Of a stretch of 64,000 nucleotides of DNA, positions 1 to 8,357 are shown one piece after another. The position numbers were made by a program, and so were the translations under genes. This DNA comes from an uncultured Candidatus Saccharibacteria bacterium (lineage in GTDB: Bacteria > Patescibacteriota > Minisyncoccia > Phycocordibacterales > PALSA-1337), in assembly GCA_964468845.1 (NCBI GenBank), contig CAYXWP010000001.1:6411-70410 (forward strand), given 5' to 3'. The notes below the pieces were generated by a model. It saw only the letters and a program-made list of their open reading frames with translations. It had not been told where the DNA came from and ran no database searches. Positions within the stretch are counted from its first letter, which is position 1. Each line of letters opens with the position of its first letter.

Positions 1-230
1 TCGAATTTGACACTAGAATTAATAATACTTTTTGACAAAGGAATACCGTGTTCACAATCATTAATAAATATTCCGTAAACCTTTTTTCTGGCTTTTGAGG
101 TTTCCATTGATTTCATAATATTTAATGACTCTGTCAATGAGATATTTGAATCAAGCAACAAGGAAAGTCTTTGTGCAAAAAATATTTGATCGTTAATTGA
201 AAATGATTTGTACATACTATTTTTATACAT
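1..230 (-). CDS. pilC: Type II secretion/type IV pilus inner-membrane platform protein (PilC/GspF), N-terminal part, runs off window start
   Basis: Hand translation from ATG at 230: MYKNSMYKSFSINDQIFFAQRLSLLLDSNISLTESL, typical T2SSF start; directly follows pilB stop at 233. Confidence 0.75.
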   Translation of the reverse strand, partial: MYKNSMYKSFSINDQIFFAQRLSLLLDSNISLTESLNIMKSMETSKARKKVYGIFINDCEHGIPLSKSIINSSVKF

Positions 231-232
231 AA

Positions 233-1369
233 CTATTCATGTACAACTCTTAGAACTTCCTCCTGACTTGTAATTCCCTTTTCGACCTTGCACATTCCAT
301 CCTCGTACATTGTGACCATGCCCTTACTTCTTACATATTTACCTATTTCGTCTATAGAGATATGAGACATAATGTATTTTCTGAGCTCTTCGTCGACAAC
401 TATAGTTTCCGCAATCACAGTTCTTCCCCGATAACCAATAGTTCCGCAATCGGCACAACCAATACCTTTGCATTCCTGACATATCTTTCTAACTAACCTT
501 TGTGCGATAACTAAGGATAAAGTTGAGGCAACGAGGTAAGGATCAATTTTCATATCAAACAATCTAGGAATCGCACCAAGTGCAGAATTGGTGTGTAAAG
601 TAGATAAGAGTAAATGCCCAGTCAGAGAAATGTTTGTAGCAATCTGAGCTGTCTCAGTATCACGAATTTCACCAACCATAATAATATCTGGATCTTGCCT
701 AACAATGGATCTCAAACCATTTGCAAAAGTAATACCATGCTTAGAATGTATTTGTATTTGCCGAACCCCTGATATTGCATACTCGATCGGATCTTCAAGA
801 GTAATGATGGAATTTTTCTGTGAAGAAAGTGACGAAATTAAAGTATACAGTGTTGAGGTTTTGCCAGAACCAGTCGGTCCAGTGACCAGTATCATTCCTT
901 GATGTTGTGTTAGTAGGTTTTCGATTCGCATAATGTCATGTTCTGAAAATCCGAGCTTCGACAAGGACATTGAATCATTATTATTTTTTAATATTCTCAA
1001 AACTGCATTTTCACCGTAATGAGTCGGGATAATCGAGACACGCACATCGCAATCACAAACACCTTCATTAAATTTAAATCTTCCATCCTGCGGCACAAAG
1101 TGAATGTCTGTTCTCAAAGCAGAAATTACTTTTATCCTAGCAATGAGTTCTTCATGACTTTCATTTCTTAATGTGTCTTTGTATATCAAAACCCCATCTA
1201 CACGAAATCTGACGACAATACCTGCGGGTGTTGGATCTATATGTATATCAGAGGCATTTAAATGATAGCCGTAGCATATTATTGAATTCACCAGTTCAAC
1301 AACTGATTGAATATCGTGTAATACCCTTTCATTTAAATTAATTTTGTATTGCTCATCTGGCATACACAT
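233..1369 (-). CDS. pilB: GspE/PilB family pilus assembly ATPase (short, no N-terminal MshEN domain)
   Basis: ASDIHIDP, PQDGRF, Walker A GPTGSGKT, EDPIEY, RQDPDIIMVGEIRD, TGHLLLSTLHTN, CxxC..CxxC. Confidence 0.9.
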   Translation of the reverse strand: MCMPDEQYKINLNERVLHDIQSVVELVNSIICYGYHLNASDIHIDPTPAGIVVRFRVDGVLIYKDTLRNESHEELIARIKVISALRTDIHFVPQDGRFKFNEGVCDCDVRVSIIPTHYGENAVLRILKNNNDSMSLSKLGFSEHDIMRIENLLTQHQGMILVTGPTGSGKTSTLYTLISSLSSQKNSIITLEDPIEYAISGVRQIQIHSKHGITFANGLRSIVRQDPDIIMVGEIRDTETAQIATNISLTGHLLLSTLHTNSALGAIPRLFDMKIDPYLVASTLSLVIAQRLVRKICQECKGIGCADCGTIGYRGRTVIAETIVVDEELRKYIMSHISIDEIGKYVRSKGMVTMYEDGMCKVEKGITSQEEVLRVVHE

Positions 1370-1386
1370 AAACTAGCAAAGAATTA

Positions 1387-1424
1387 TTAAGAACTTTTAA
1401 AGAAGTTCTAAAGAAACAATAAAG
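1387..1424. promoter_or_regulatory. Four T(T/A)AAG repeats at 11-bp period upstream of pilB; candidate regulator binding site
   Basis: TTAAG 1387, TAAAG 1398, 1409, 1420; near-identical copy at 23517-23554. Confidence 0.6.
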
Positions 1425-1470
1425 ATTTAGTACTATGTGCTCATATTCCACATCGCTTGCTATTATTTAA

Positions 1471-1638
1471 ATGTGTGTTAGTATCTTCAACCTAACTTCG
1501 GCACTCAAACAAAAGCTCAGGACGGGCACGGTGTCGAAAAAAGAACAACTGTACACTGCAAAAAACATGACAAGCGACCACGACACTCGAGGTGGAGACC
1601 ACGATGACGAAATCATCACGGCCACACTCAACGATTGA
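1471..1638 (+). CDS. Small hypothetical protein (55 aa from ATG 1471; alternative start 1567)
   Basis: Hand-translated open frame MCVSIFN...DHDDEIITATLND followed by a terminator hairpin. Confidence 0.35.
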   Translation: MCVSIFNLTSALKQKLRTGTVSKKEQLYTAKNMTSDHDTRGGDHDDEIITATLND

Positions 1639-1666
1639 ACGAAGACTCGTCTCCACACACCGCTGC

Positions 1667-1700
1667 GCCACTGTAAAACGGGGCCAGTGGTTATTTTTTT
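1667..1700 (+). terminator. Intrinsic terminator
   Basis: GCCACTG/CAGTGGT stem followed by T-tract. Confidence 0.6.
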
Positions 1701-1870
1701 AGCCTGTGGATGAATTCATTGAAATACGTTGATAATTGGATATAAAAAGATAGACTATTGATATTTTCTAGGGATGTGGTACTATTTTTCTTGGCTCTGG
1801 CACTCAACAATTGATAGGTCCAACACTGGACAAAGTGTCAGAATAGAAACAACAAATCGGAGTAACAGAA

Positions 1871-2032
1871 ATGTTCAAAAAAAAACATCTGTTGGGAAAA
1901 ATGCGTCGCAGTCGGCAATCCGCCATCAGGTCTCATCGGAGAGAGACAAACTGCAAACTCAAGATTTTGGCCGCTGAGGCCGAATGGGTGTTGCGCATCG
2001 ACACCGAAGACGCAATGGTCGCAGAAGAGTAA
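1871..2032 (+). CDS. Small hypothetical protein (53 aa, basic N-terminus, acidic C-terminus)
   Basis: Hand translation MFKKKHLLGKMRRSRQSAIRSHRRETNCKLKILAAEAEWVLRIDTEDAMVAEE; terminator follows. Confidence 0.45.
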   Translation: MFKKKHLLGKMRRSRQSAIRSHRRETNCKLKILAAEAEWVLRIDTEDAMVAEE

Positions 2033-2055
2033 CCCGCGACTTTGTTTTCCCAATC

Positions 2056-2096
2056 GCCGCCGGACCCAATCAGCTGGGCCCGGTGGCTATTATTTT
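2056..2096 (+). terminator. Intrinsic terminator
   Basis: GCCGCCGG.CCCA/TGGG.CCGGTGGC stem then TATTATTTT. Confidence 0.65.
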
Positions 2097-2167
2097 ACCC
2101 AAATTTCTCGACACACCTATAATTTGACTTTTACTATGTTTTTATGCTTTAATAGCAACTTAACTTT

Positions 2168-3967
2168 ATGGATATACGAAACATCGCAATCATCGCCCAT
2201 GTGGACCATGGAAAGACGACACTTACTGACGCAATCATGACTCAATGTGGTCACGGGGACGACGGTACAATGGACTCAAACGCCCTTGAACAAGAGCGTG
2301 GTATTACTATTTATGCAAAAAACACTTCGATTGAATATAAAGGAACAAAGATAAATATTGTGGACACACCAGGTCACGCGGACTTTGGCTCAGAAGTAGA
2401 ACGTGTTCTACGATCTATTGATACAGTTCTTCTTGTTGTTGATGCGCAGGAAGGTCCAATGCCTCAAACACGTTTCGTGTTGAAGAAATCTCTAGAACTT
2501 GGTTTAAAGCCAATTGTAATTATAAATAAAATAGACAAGCCAGCAGCGAACCCAAATCATTGTCATGAAATGGTTCTTGAACTTTTCATGGAGCTTGGTG
2601 CGAATGATTCCCAATTAGACTTCCCTACTATTTACGCTATCGGACGTGAAGGTGTGGCTATGAAGAAACTCGGAGATCCAAGAAAAGATCTTACTCCTCT
2701 TCTAGATATGATTCTTGAACACGTTCCACCTGCAAATAAAGATCACAGTGCAACAGCGCCACTTACAGTACAAACTTTCAATCTTGGATATGATAATTTC
2801 CTAGGACGTCTAGCTATCGGTCGTATTTATGATGGAACAATTAAAATGGGTCAAACAGTTTATGAAAAGAAAATTGGTGGAACAGTGAACTCTGGAAAAG
2901 TAACTAAACTTTTTACATTTGAAGGAAAGAAGAGAGTTGAGATAAACGAAGCAACCGCTGGTGACATTGTTACAATCGCTGGATTCCCAGAAATTTATAT
3001 TGGAGAAACTCTTACAGACAATGCAGAAACTCCGGCTCTTCCTGCAATCAAAATTGATGAACCAACCATTTCCCTAAACTTTCTTGTAAACAGTTCACCT
3101 TTCGCAGGACGCGAAGGTAAATTCGTAACCGGACGACAGATTCGAGAAAGACTCGAGAAGGAACTGGAAATCAACGTTGGTCTAAAAGTGGATTTTTCAT
3201 CTGATGTGTTCTATCGCGTTTACGGTCGTGGAGAACTTCATATTGCAGTACTTCTAGAAAATATGAGACGAGAAGGATATGAACTTCAGGTTTCTCAGCC
3301 TCAGGTTATCATAAAAGATATTGACGGAGTGAAGAGCGAACCTTTTGAAGAACTTACTATTGATACTCCTGATGAGTTCACAGGTGCAATTATCGAAAAG
3401 CTCGGTAAAAGAAAAGCGACAATGATAGATATGAAAACAAAAGAAGGTATAACTCGTATGCTTTTCGAAATACCTACTCGTGGTCTACTTGGCTATAGAG
3501 GTGCTTTCGTTATCGATACAAAGGGTAATGGAATTCTCGCAAGTCGATTTATTGATTTCAAACCGTATGCAGGTGAAATTGAAAAGCATTCAACTGGATC
3601 AATGACTTCTATGATGTCAGGAAAGGCACTTGCCTTTGCAATTTGGAATTTACAAAATCGTGGCCGTATTTTCATTGAACCTACAACAGAAATTTATGAA
3701 GGAATGGTTGTTGGTGATACATCAAAGGGTGATGATATGGATGTTAACCCATGTAAAGGAAAAGCGATGTCAAACATGCGTTCTTCTGGAAACGATGAGC
3801 ACATCATGCTTACACCTGCTTGGAAAATTGATATCGAAAGAGGACTAGAAACAATGCGTGAAGATGAGTATTTAGAAATTACTCCAAAGAACGTACGTTT
3901 ACGAAAAAAGTTTTTGACTGCGACAGATAGATCAAAAGCAGGAAGAAAGGATGGGGTGACGAATTAA
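2168..3967 (+). CDS. typA: Translational GTPase TypA/BipA
   Basis: IRNIAIIAHVDHGKTT, QERGITI, DTPGHADFG, NKID, GRGELH, PTRGLLG, DEYLEITP..RLRK. Confidence 0.97.
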   Translation: MDIRNIAIIAHVDHGKTTLTDAIMTQCGHGDDGTMDSNALEQERGITIYAKNTSIEYKGTKINIVDTPGHADFGSEVERVLRSIDTVLLVVDAQEGPMPQTRFVLKKSLELGLKPIVIINKIDKPAANPNHCHEMVLELFMELGANDSQLDFPTIYAIGREGVAMKKLGDPRKDLTPLLDMILEHVPPANKDHSATAPLTVQTFNLGYDNFLGRLAIGRIYDGTIKMGQTVYEKKIGGTVNSGKVTKLFTFEGKKRVEINEATAGDIVTIAGFPEIYIGETLTDNAETPALPAIKIDEPTISLNFLVNSSPFAGREGKFVTGRQIRERLEKELEINVGLKVDFSSDVFYRVYGRGELHIAVLLENMRREGYELQVSQPQVIIKDIDGVKSEPFEELTIDTPDEFTGAIIEKLGKRKATMIDMKTKEGITRMLFEIPTRGLLGYRGAFVIDTKGNGILASRFIDFKPYAGEIEKHSTGSMTSMMSGKALAFAIWNLQNRGRIFIEPTTEIYEGMVVGDTSKGDDMDVNPCKGKAMSNMRSSGNDEHIMLTPAWKIDIERGLETMREDEYLEITPKNVRLRKKFLTATDRSKAGRKDGVTN

Positions 3968-4059
3968 TGGAGTACCCCAAAAAACTGACCCCCTCCTCCT
4001 CTCTCTTCCTTTCACTCCAACGCACTCCTGCACAGCCACGCTGTAGAAGCCCCCTAGTT

Positions 4060-4087
4060 AAAGGTGACCAAATTTTGGTCACCTTTT
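4060..4087 (+). terminator. Perfect 13-1-13 inverted repeat downstream of typA; probable terminator
   Basis: AAAGGTGACCAAA T TTTGGTCACCTTT. Confidence 0.5.
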
Positions 4088-4144
4088 GCTATGTGGTACA
4101 GCGCCATAACAAACGAAGCCTCGTCTTTCATTCGTAAATAATAC

Positions 4145-4179
4145 AAAAGAAGCCGGGGGTCAGATTGACCCTCGGCTTT
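4145..4179 (-). terminator. Terminator of the 4192-4572 gene
   Basis: AAGCCGGGGGTCA/TGACCCTCGGCTT stem with A-run on the left side. Confidence 0.6.
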
Positions 4180-4191
4180 GCTTGAAACTCC

Positions 4192-4572
4192 TCATACAGT
4201 GTCCAGTTTGACAGCACCCATCAAGATGACAGGATTTTGCCCTTGGAAGAATTGACTGATCCGGCCGGCAACACCGAAGGTTAGAATCACGTGCCGTCCA
4301 CGATCATTTACGTATCCGGCAAACTCCGACTCAGGAACAAAGATTTCAATCTTGTTTTCGACCTGGCAATGGCCCGATTCAGTCTGTTGTGCAAGACTTA
4401 GATTGAGAACCCGAAGATGGTCTGGATCGAGCATGACCTCGAGCCAGCATTTCGTTTCTTTGAAAATCCACCAGCCACTTGTTTTTGAGGTGACAGATGT
4501 AATGACACCTCTTACGTTGTACTCCTGTCGGTTACGCCGTAGGTTCGGGTTGATACTAAGTATTGATACCAT
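4192..4572 (-). CDS. Hypothetical protein (single-gene unit)
   Basis: 126-aa ORF, GGAGG Shine-Dalgarno, upstream TTGACA, own terminator. Confidence 0.7.
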   Translation of the reverse strand: MVSILSINPNLRRNRQEYNVRGVITSVTSKTSGWWIFKETKCWLEVMLDPDHLRVLNLSLAQQTESGHCQVENKIEIFVPESEFAGYVNDRGRHVILTFGVAGRISQFFQGQNPVILMGAVKLDTV

Positions 4573-4822
4573 AATTTATCCTCCGTATTGTTGTTGACTG
4601 CGTTTTCAAAATTCTCGATACATTTTTAAATTAACACAAACATCTTATGCTGTCAATATTATTTTATGTCTAAGTAAAAATTCGCTTCTAGCGATTGCTT
4701 TTTTACATATAAAATCCAGTTGATAAATCCAGTAATTGGAGTATTATGCAATCAGTAAAACTGTAGGTAAATCAACAGCAACAAATAACGGTCTTTGAAA
4801 CCACACAACAACTGGGACAACA

Positions 4823-5530
4823 ATGAAAACGACAATTAAACTCGTAGTCTTCTACTTCCTTCTTCAATTGTGCAACCACGCCAGTGCGGCATACTCTGTT
4901 CAATCGGCTTGGTTTCCTTACGGGCCACAATACAACATCCAAGTGTACCGTCTTTTTTGGGGAACAAATAGTGGCGAGTACACGCATACGCAAGACTTTG
5001 GTTTGGAGACGAATCTCGCTCCCCGACCCGACATCATCCGTGTGTTAAATGTCACAATCGAAGTTCCCAACGCAGGACAGACTTACTATTTCATGATCAG
5101 AGGCATCGACAGCAACGGAAATGAGTTTGGGACTTCGGAGGAGTATCCTTGGTGGGTGCAACGCGAAAATGATGCACGTCCATCAATCTCCGCAATTCCC
5201 AACCGCCATTTTTTGATCAACAGTGTATCGAATACAGTGCCCTTCACAATTGGGGACGACCAGACACCACTCGATGAATTGGAAGTGTACTACACTGCAT
5301 GGAACCCGATCATCATACCAGCGACAAACATTTCGCTTGGTGGGTCCGGTGCAAATCGTACGATTACACTGACGCCGATAACTGGGCGCACAGGTACGAC
5401 CACTGTCGAAGTTATTGTTATCGATAACAATCTAAGTCCGAAAGCAACAACATTCATTGTTGAAGTTTCAGCAAATCCAGGAATTACGAGTCCTAGATTA
5501 CTTTGGTTCAAAACAGTTCCCTTGCCATAG
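4823..5530 (+). CDS. Secreted protein with fibronectin-III-like and Ig/cadherin-like domains
   Basis: Signal peptide ending ASA; YRLFWGTNSGEYT and TYYF FN3-like motifs; PSISAIPN..VPFTIGDDQTP..LGGSGANRTITLTP Ig-like repeat. Confidence 0.7.
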   Translation: MKTTIKLVVFYFLLQLCNHASAAYSVQSAWFPYGPQYNIQVYRLFWGTNSGEYTHTQDFGLETNLAPRPDIIRVLNVTIEVPNAGQTYYFMIRGIDSNGNEFGTSEEYPWWVQRENDARPSISAIPNRHFLINSVSNTVPFTIGDDQTPLDELEVYYTAWNPIIIPATNISLGGSGANRTITLTPITGRTGTTTVEVIVIDNNLSPKATTFIVEVSANPGITSPRLLWFKTVPLP

Positions 5531-5600
5531 CACCTTTCGTAAAATCCGCAAATACGAACACGAACAAGAACATGTGCACATAGACGGAGTCCACGAGCCT

Positions 5601-5650
5601 GTCACTTCACTTGCCAACATTACTTGGCGGAGGTGACGGCTTTTTTTATT
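5601..5650 (+). terminator. Intrinsic terminator
   Basis: GTCACTTC..GCCAA/TTGGC.GGAGGTGAC stem then T-tract. Confidence 0.6.
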
Positions 5651-5682
5651 TGAATTATTTTTAATTATTTGTATTTGCTTAC

Positions 5683-6432
5683 TTATTTATAATTATCTTT
5701 TTCTTCTTTACTAAAGTGCTCCGTGGCGTATGACAGCATTACTCTAGGCATCTTTTTATAGTATTTATTCAAAAACTTTTTTTCAATATCTCTTGAAATC
5801 CTTTTGCCAACATCACGCAACATCCAACCGACCGCCTTGTGAATTAAATCATGCTTGTCAGACAGCAACATTTCCGCCAACTTAAATACATCCTTATATT
5901 CACCCGCTTTAATGAAAGCATGCGTAGAAATTATAGAGATCCTTCTTTCCCAAATATTTTTTGACCTAGCTAGCCTATACAAAACCGCCCTATCCCTGTC
6001 CCTATACTTATCATTATCATTATTAAGCAAATAATCACCAACAATGTAACTAGCTGACAAATCCACAAGATCCCAATTATTTATATATCTAGTGTTTTTT
6101 AAATAAAATTTATAAATCGCTTTCTTAATTTTTTCATCCTCTTTTTTCTTATCTTTTGTTTTCTTATTATTTGCTCTTTCATATTGCGCTACAAGTATTT
6201 CCAAAGCTGTAAGCCTAAATTCATGGACCTCACTCTCTAATAATTTCTGAATTACATCAAAATTGGCATCAATATATTTATGCGCAATCTTTCTGATTTT
6301 GGGTACAACTATTCCAATAAAAATATCTCCCTCCCCATACTGACCCTTGCCCGTCTTAAAATATCTTGAAAGCAGTTTGGCTTTCTTTGCGTCAGCGAAA
6401 CTATTTAAATCATTGGTTATTTCTTTTATCAC
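5683..6432 (-). CDS. DNA alkylation repair protein (AlkD-like)
   Basis: YFKTGKGQYGEGDIFIG, INNWDLVD, NIWERR, HDLIHKAVGWMLR. Confidence 0.9.
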   Translation of the reverse strand: MIKEITNDLNSFADAKKAKLLSRYFKTGKGQYGEGDIFIGIVVPKIRKIAHKYIDANFDVIQKLLESEVHEFRLTALEILVAQYERANNKKTKDKKKEDEKIKKAIYKFYLKNTRYINNWDLVDLSASYIVGDYLLNNDNDKYRDRDRAVLYRLARSKNIWERRISIISTHAFIKAGEYKDVFKLAEMLLSDKHDLIHKAVGWMLRDVGKRISRDIEKKFLNKYYKKMPRVMLSYATEHFSKEEKDNYK

Positions 6433-6465
6433 AAAATTTTAATATATTAGTGTATAATACTTGAC

Positions 6466-7134
6466 ATGAAGGATCTTTTTTACAGATTGCCACGAAATAT
6501 AATTCGTTCTTTTTCTCCTCGTAATTTTATATGGCATCTGGTCGCATTTATTTTAACATATGTAATTGTCATTCAAGGGTTTGATTGGTCTTGGTTTCTT
6601 GCAGTCAGAGGAGAAATCGTAAACAAGATTCTATTTCCTGCAGTTATAATTGGCGCGTTTGTACCAATATTGTTGCCTCTTGGTTTTCTTGCTATTGGTA
6701 AAATACGAAAAAGCAGAAGTCCATACGAAGGCAAAAAAATAATGAATGTTGGCTGGGCGCTTGGACAAGCAGCAATTGTCGGTTATCTTATTTCCTCCTT
6801 CTATAAAATGTTTACAGGAAGAATACAACCTGACCTATCAAATCTAATTAATGATATTAGCAACAATTTCCAGTTTGGTTTTTGGAATCATGGAATATTC
6901 TGGGGCTGGCCTTCTTCACATACAACAATTGCATTCGCAACAATGGTGACGCTAATAATTCTCTATCCAAGAGGTAAGGCACTGAAATACATTGCACTGA
7001 TCTATGCTTTCTATATCGGTCTTGGAGTATCGATAGGGATACATTGGTTCTCAGAATTTATCGCTGGAGCAATAATAGGAGCTGTGATTGGTAAGGTTGT
7101 TGGTAAATGTTTTAAAGATAAAAAGATAGCGTAG
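6466..7134 (+). CDS. PAP2 family membrane phosphatase
   Basis: K..TGR..P, WPSSHT, IHWFSE motifs; several TM helices. Confidence 0.85.
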   Translation: MKDLFYRLPRNIIRSFSPRNFIWHLVAFILTYVIVIQGFDWSWFLAVRGEIVNKILFPAVIIGAFVPILLPLGFLAIGKIRKSRSPYEGKKIMNVGWALGQAAIVGYLISSFYKMFTGRIQPDLSNLINDISNNFQFGFWNHGIFWGWPSSHTTIAFATMVTLIILYPRGKALKYIALIYAFYIGLGVSIGIHWFSEFIAGAIIGAVIGKVVGKCFKDKKIA

Positions 7135-7170
7135 GGGCGCGCTTCAAACATTGAAGTATGCTGCTAATTA

Positions 7171-7764
7171 TCACGACAACTTTTCAATAATTTCTTGCCA
7201 AGAATTTACTCTGACTATGGGGTGCTTGGCATCATATTGATTATCGCATTGATTCCACGGCGCATTGAAAAGAAGTGCTGAAATTCCAACACCTAACACA
7301 TTTTCTACATTCTCCAAGTTATCATCGACAAATATGTCGACGCCCATTTCTTTGCACACATCTCCCTTTGAACGCCTTATGCCATTTCCAGAAAAATGAT
7401 TGGTAAAAACTATATTTTTAAAAGAATTCGGAAAATATTTATCAATCCATTCCGATGTCGCACCTCGAAGTGTTTCAGGCTTAGATGTAATAATAATTAA
7501 AGTGTTATTGTCTTTAAGTTTTTTAATAGCCTCAACTGCACCGAGAACTGGTACGGCATTCAAGTGTTCTGGTGTTGCATAGAAATCAACCACTCTTTTT
7601 ACAGCTTCTTCTTTTGAACAATTTAAAATGTCCGCATATTCAAATACAGTTAAATCATTCCGACAAATATTTGTACCATAAACACGATTATGATATGCGC
7701 AAAAAGCATTATTAAAATCTAATAAAACTTCGTCGAGATCGAGGCCGATTATTCTGGATTTCAT
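7171..7764 (-). CDS. HAD-superfamily 5'(3')-deoxyribonucleotidase (NT5C-like)
   Basis: DLDEVL motif I, ITS, K..C...GVDIFVDD, APWN; start moved to ATG 7764 because the longer ORF overlaps a tRNA. Confidence 0.85.
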   Translation of the reverse strand: MKSRIIGLDLDEVLLDFNNAFCAYHNRVYGTNICRNDLTVFEYADILNCSKEEAVKRVVDFYATPEHLNAVPVLGAVEAIKKLKDNNTLIIITSKPETLRGATSEWIDKYFPNSFKNIVFTNHFSGNGIRRSKGDVCKEMGVDIFVDDNLENVENVLGVGISALLFNAPWNQCDNQYDAKHPIVRVNSWQEIIEKLS

Positions 7765-7767
7765 TTG

Positions 7768-7838
7768 CTGGGGGCCAGGGAATCGAACCCCAATACTATC
7801 CTTCAAAGGGATATGTCCTACCGTTAGACGAGCCCCCA
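7768..7838 (-). tRNA. tRNA-Gln(TTG)
   Basis: TGGGGGC/GCCCCCA acceptor, TATCC-CTTTGAA-GGATA anticodon arm, GGTTCGATTCC T-arm; CCA not encoded. Confidence 0.95.
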
Positions 7839-7898
7839 ATATTCTTTTGTCTATATAAAATACCTTAAAATTAAAGAAAATTCAAGTGTTTATCGAAA

Positions 7899-8348
7899 TT
7901 ACAAAGCCCTCTTTATCTCATCCTTAACCTTAAGTAGCTCCTCTTCCGCACTCGGCTCTCTATCCCCTGTCCTATAAAGCATACTTCTAGGATCATAGCC
8001 GAGTAAACCTGTGTCTCCCTTCTTTCGAGGAACAATATGTAAATGAAAATGTGGTACAGATTGTCCTGCAAGCTTGCCTTCATTCCAAACACAATTAAAA
8101 CCTTCTACGTCATAAAGCTTTTTTAAGGCATTCATTATTTTGTCTGCAAGTTCAAGAATTGCCGAACGTTCTTCTTTAGTTAAATCACTCAACTTAGCGA
8201 CACAACGAATGGGTGCAATCAAAGTATGCCCTGGAGTAATAGGAATATTAGTTGGGAAAGCCCACGCCAAGTCATTACTAATTATTTCTCTAGCTTTAAT
8301 TTCTGGCAGACTACAATATACGCACTTTTTTTCTAAATTGTTTTCCAT
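7899..8348 (-). CDS. HIT family hydrolase
   Basis: CVYC, PITPGHTL, AGQSVPHFHLHIVPR. Confidence 0.93.
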   Translation of the reverse strand: MENNLEKKCVYCSLPEIKAREIISNDLAWAFPTNIPITPGHTLIAPIRCVAKLSDLTKEERSAILELADKIMNALKKLYDVEGFNCVWNEGKLAGQSVPHFHLHIVPRKKGDTGLLGYDPRSMLYRTGDREPSAEEELLKVKDEIKRAL

Positions 8349-8357
8349 TTTTTAAAT

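Noticed and set aside
3985-4163. 9-bp complementarity CTGACCCCC / GGGGGTCAG
   Set aside because: The second arm is already part of a local terminator stem; too short to define an element
7765-7839. 25-aa N-terminal extension of the 7171-7839 ORF
   Set aside because: It is the tRNA-Gln gene read in frame; the HAD motif starts right after ATG 7764
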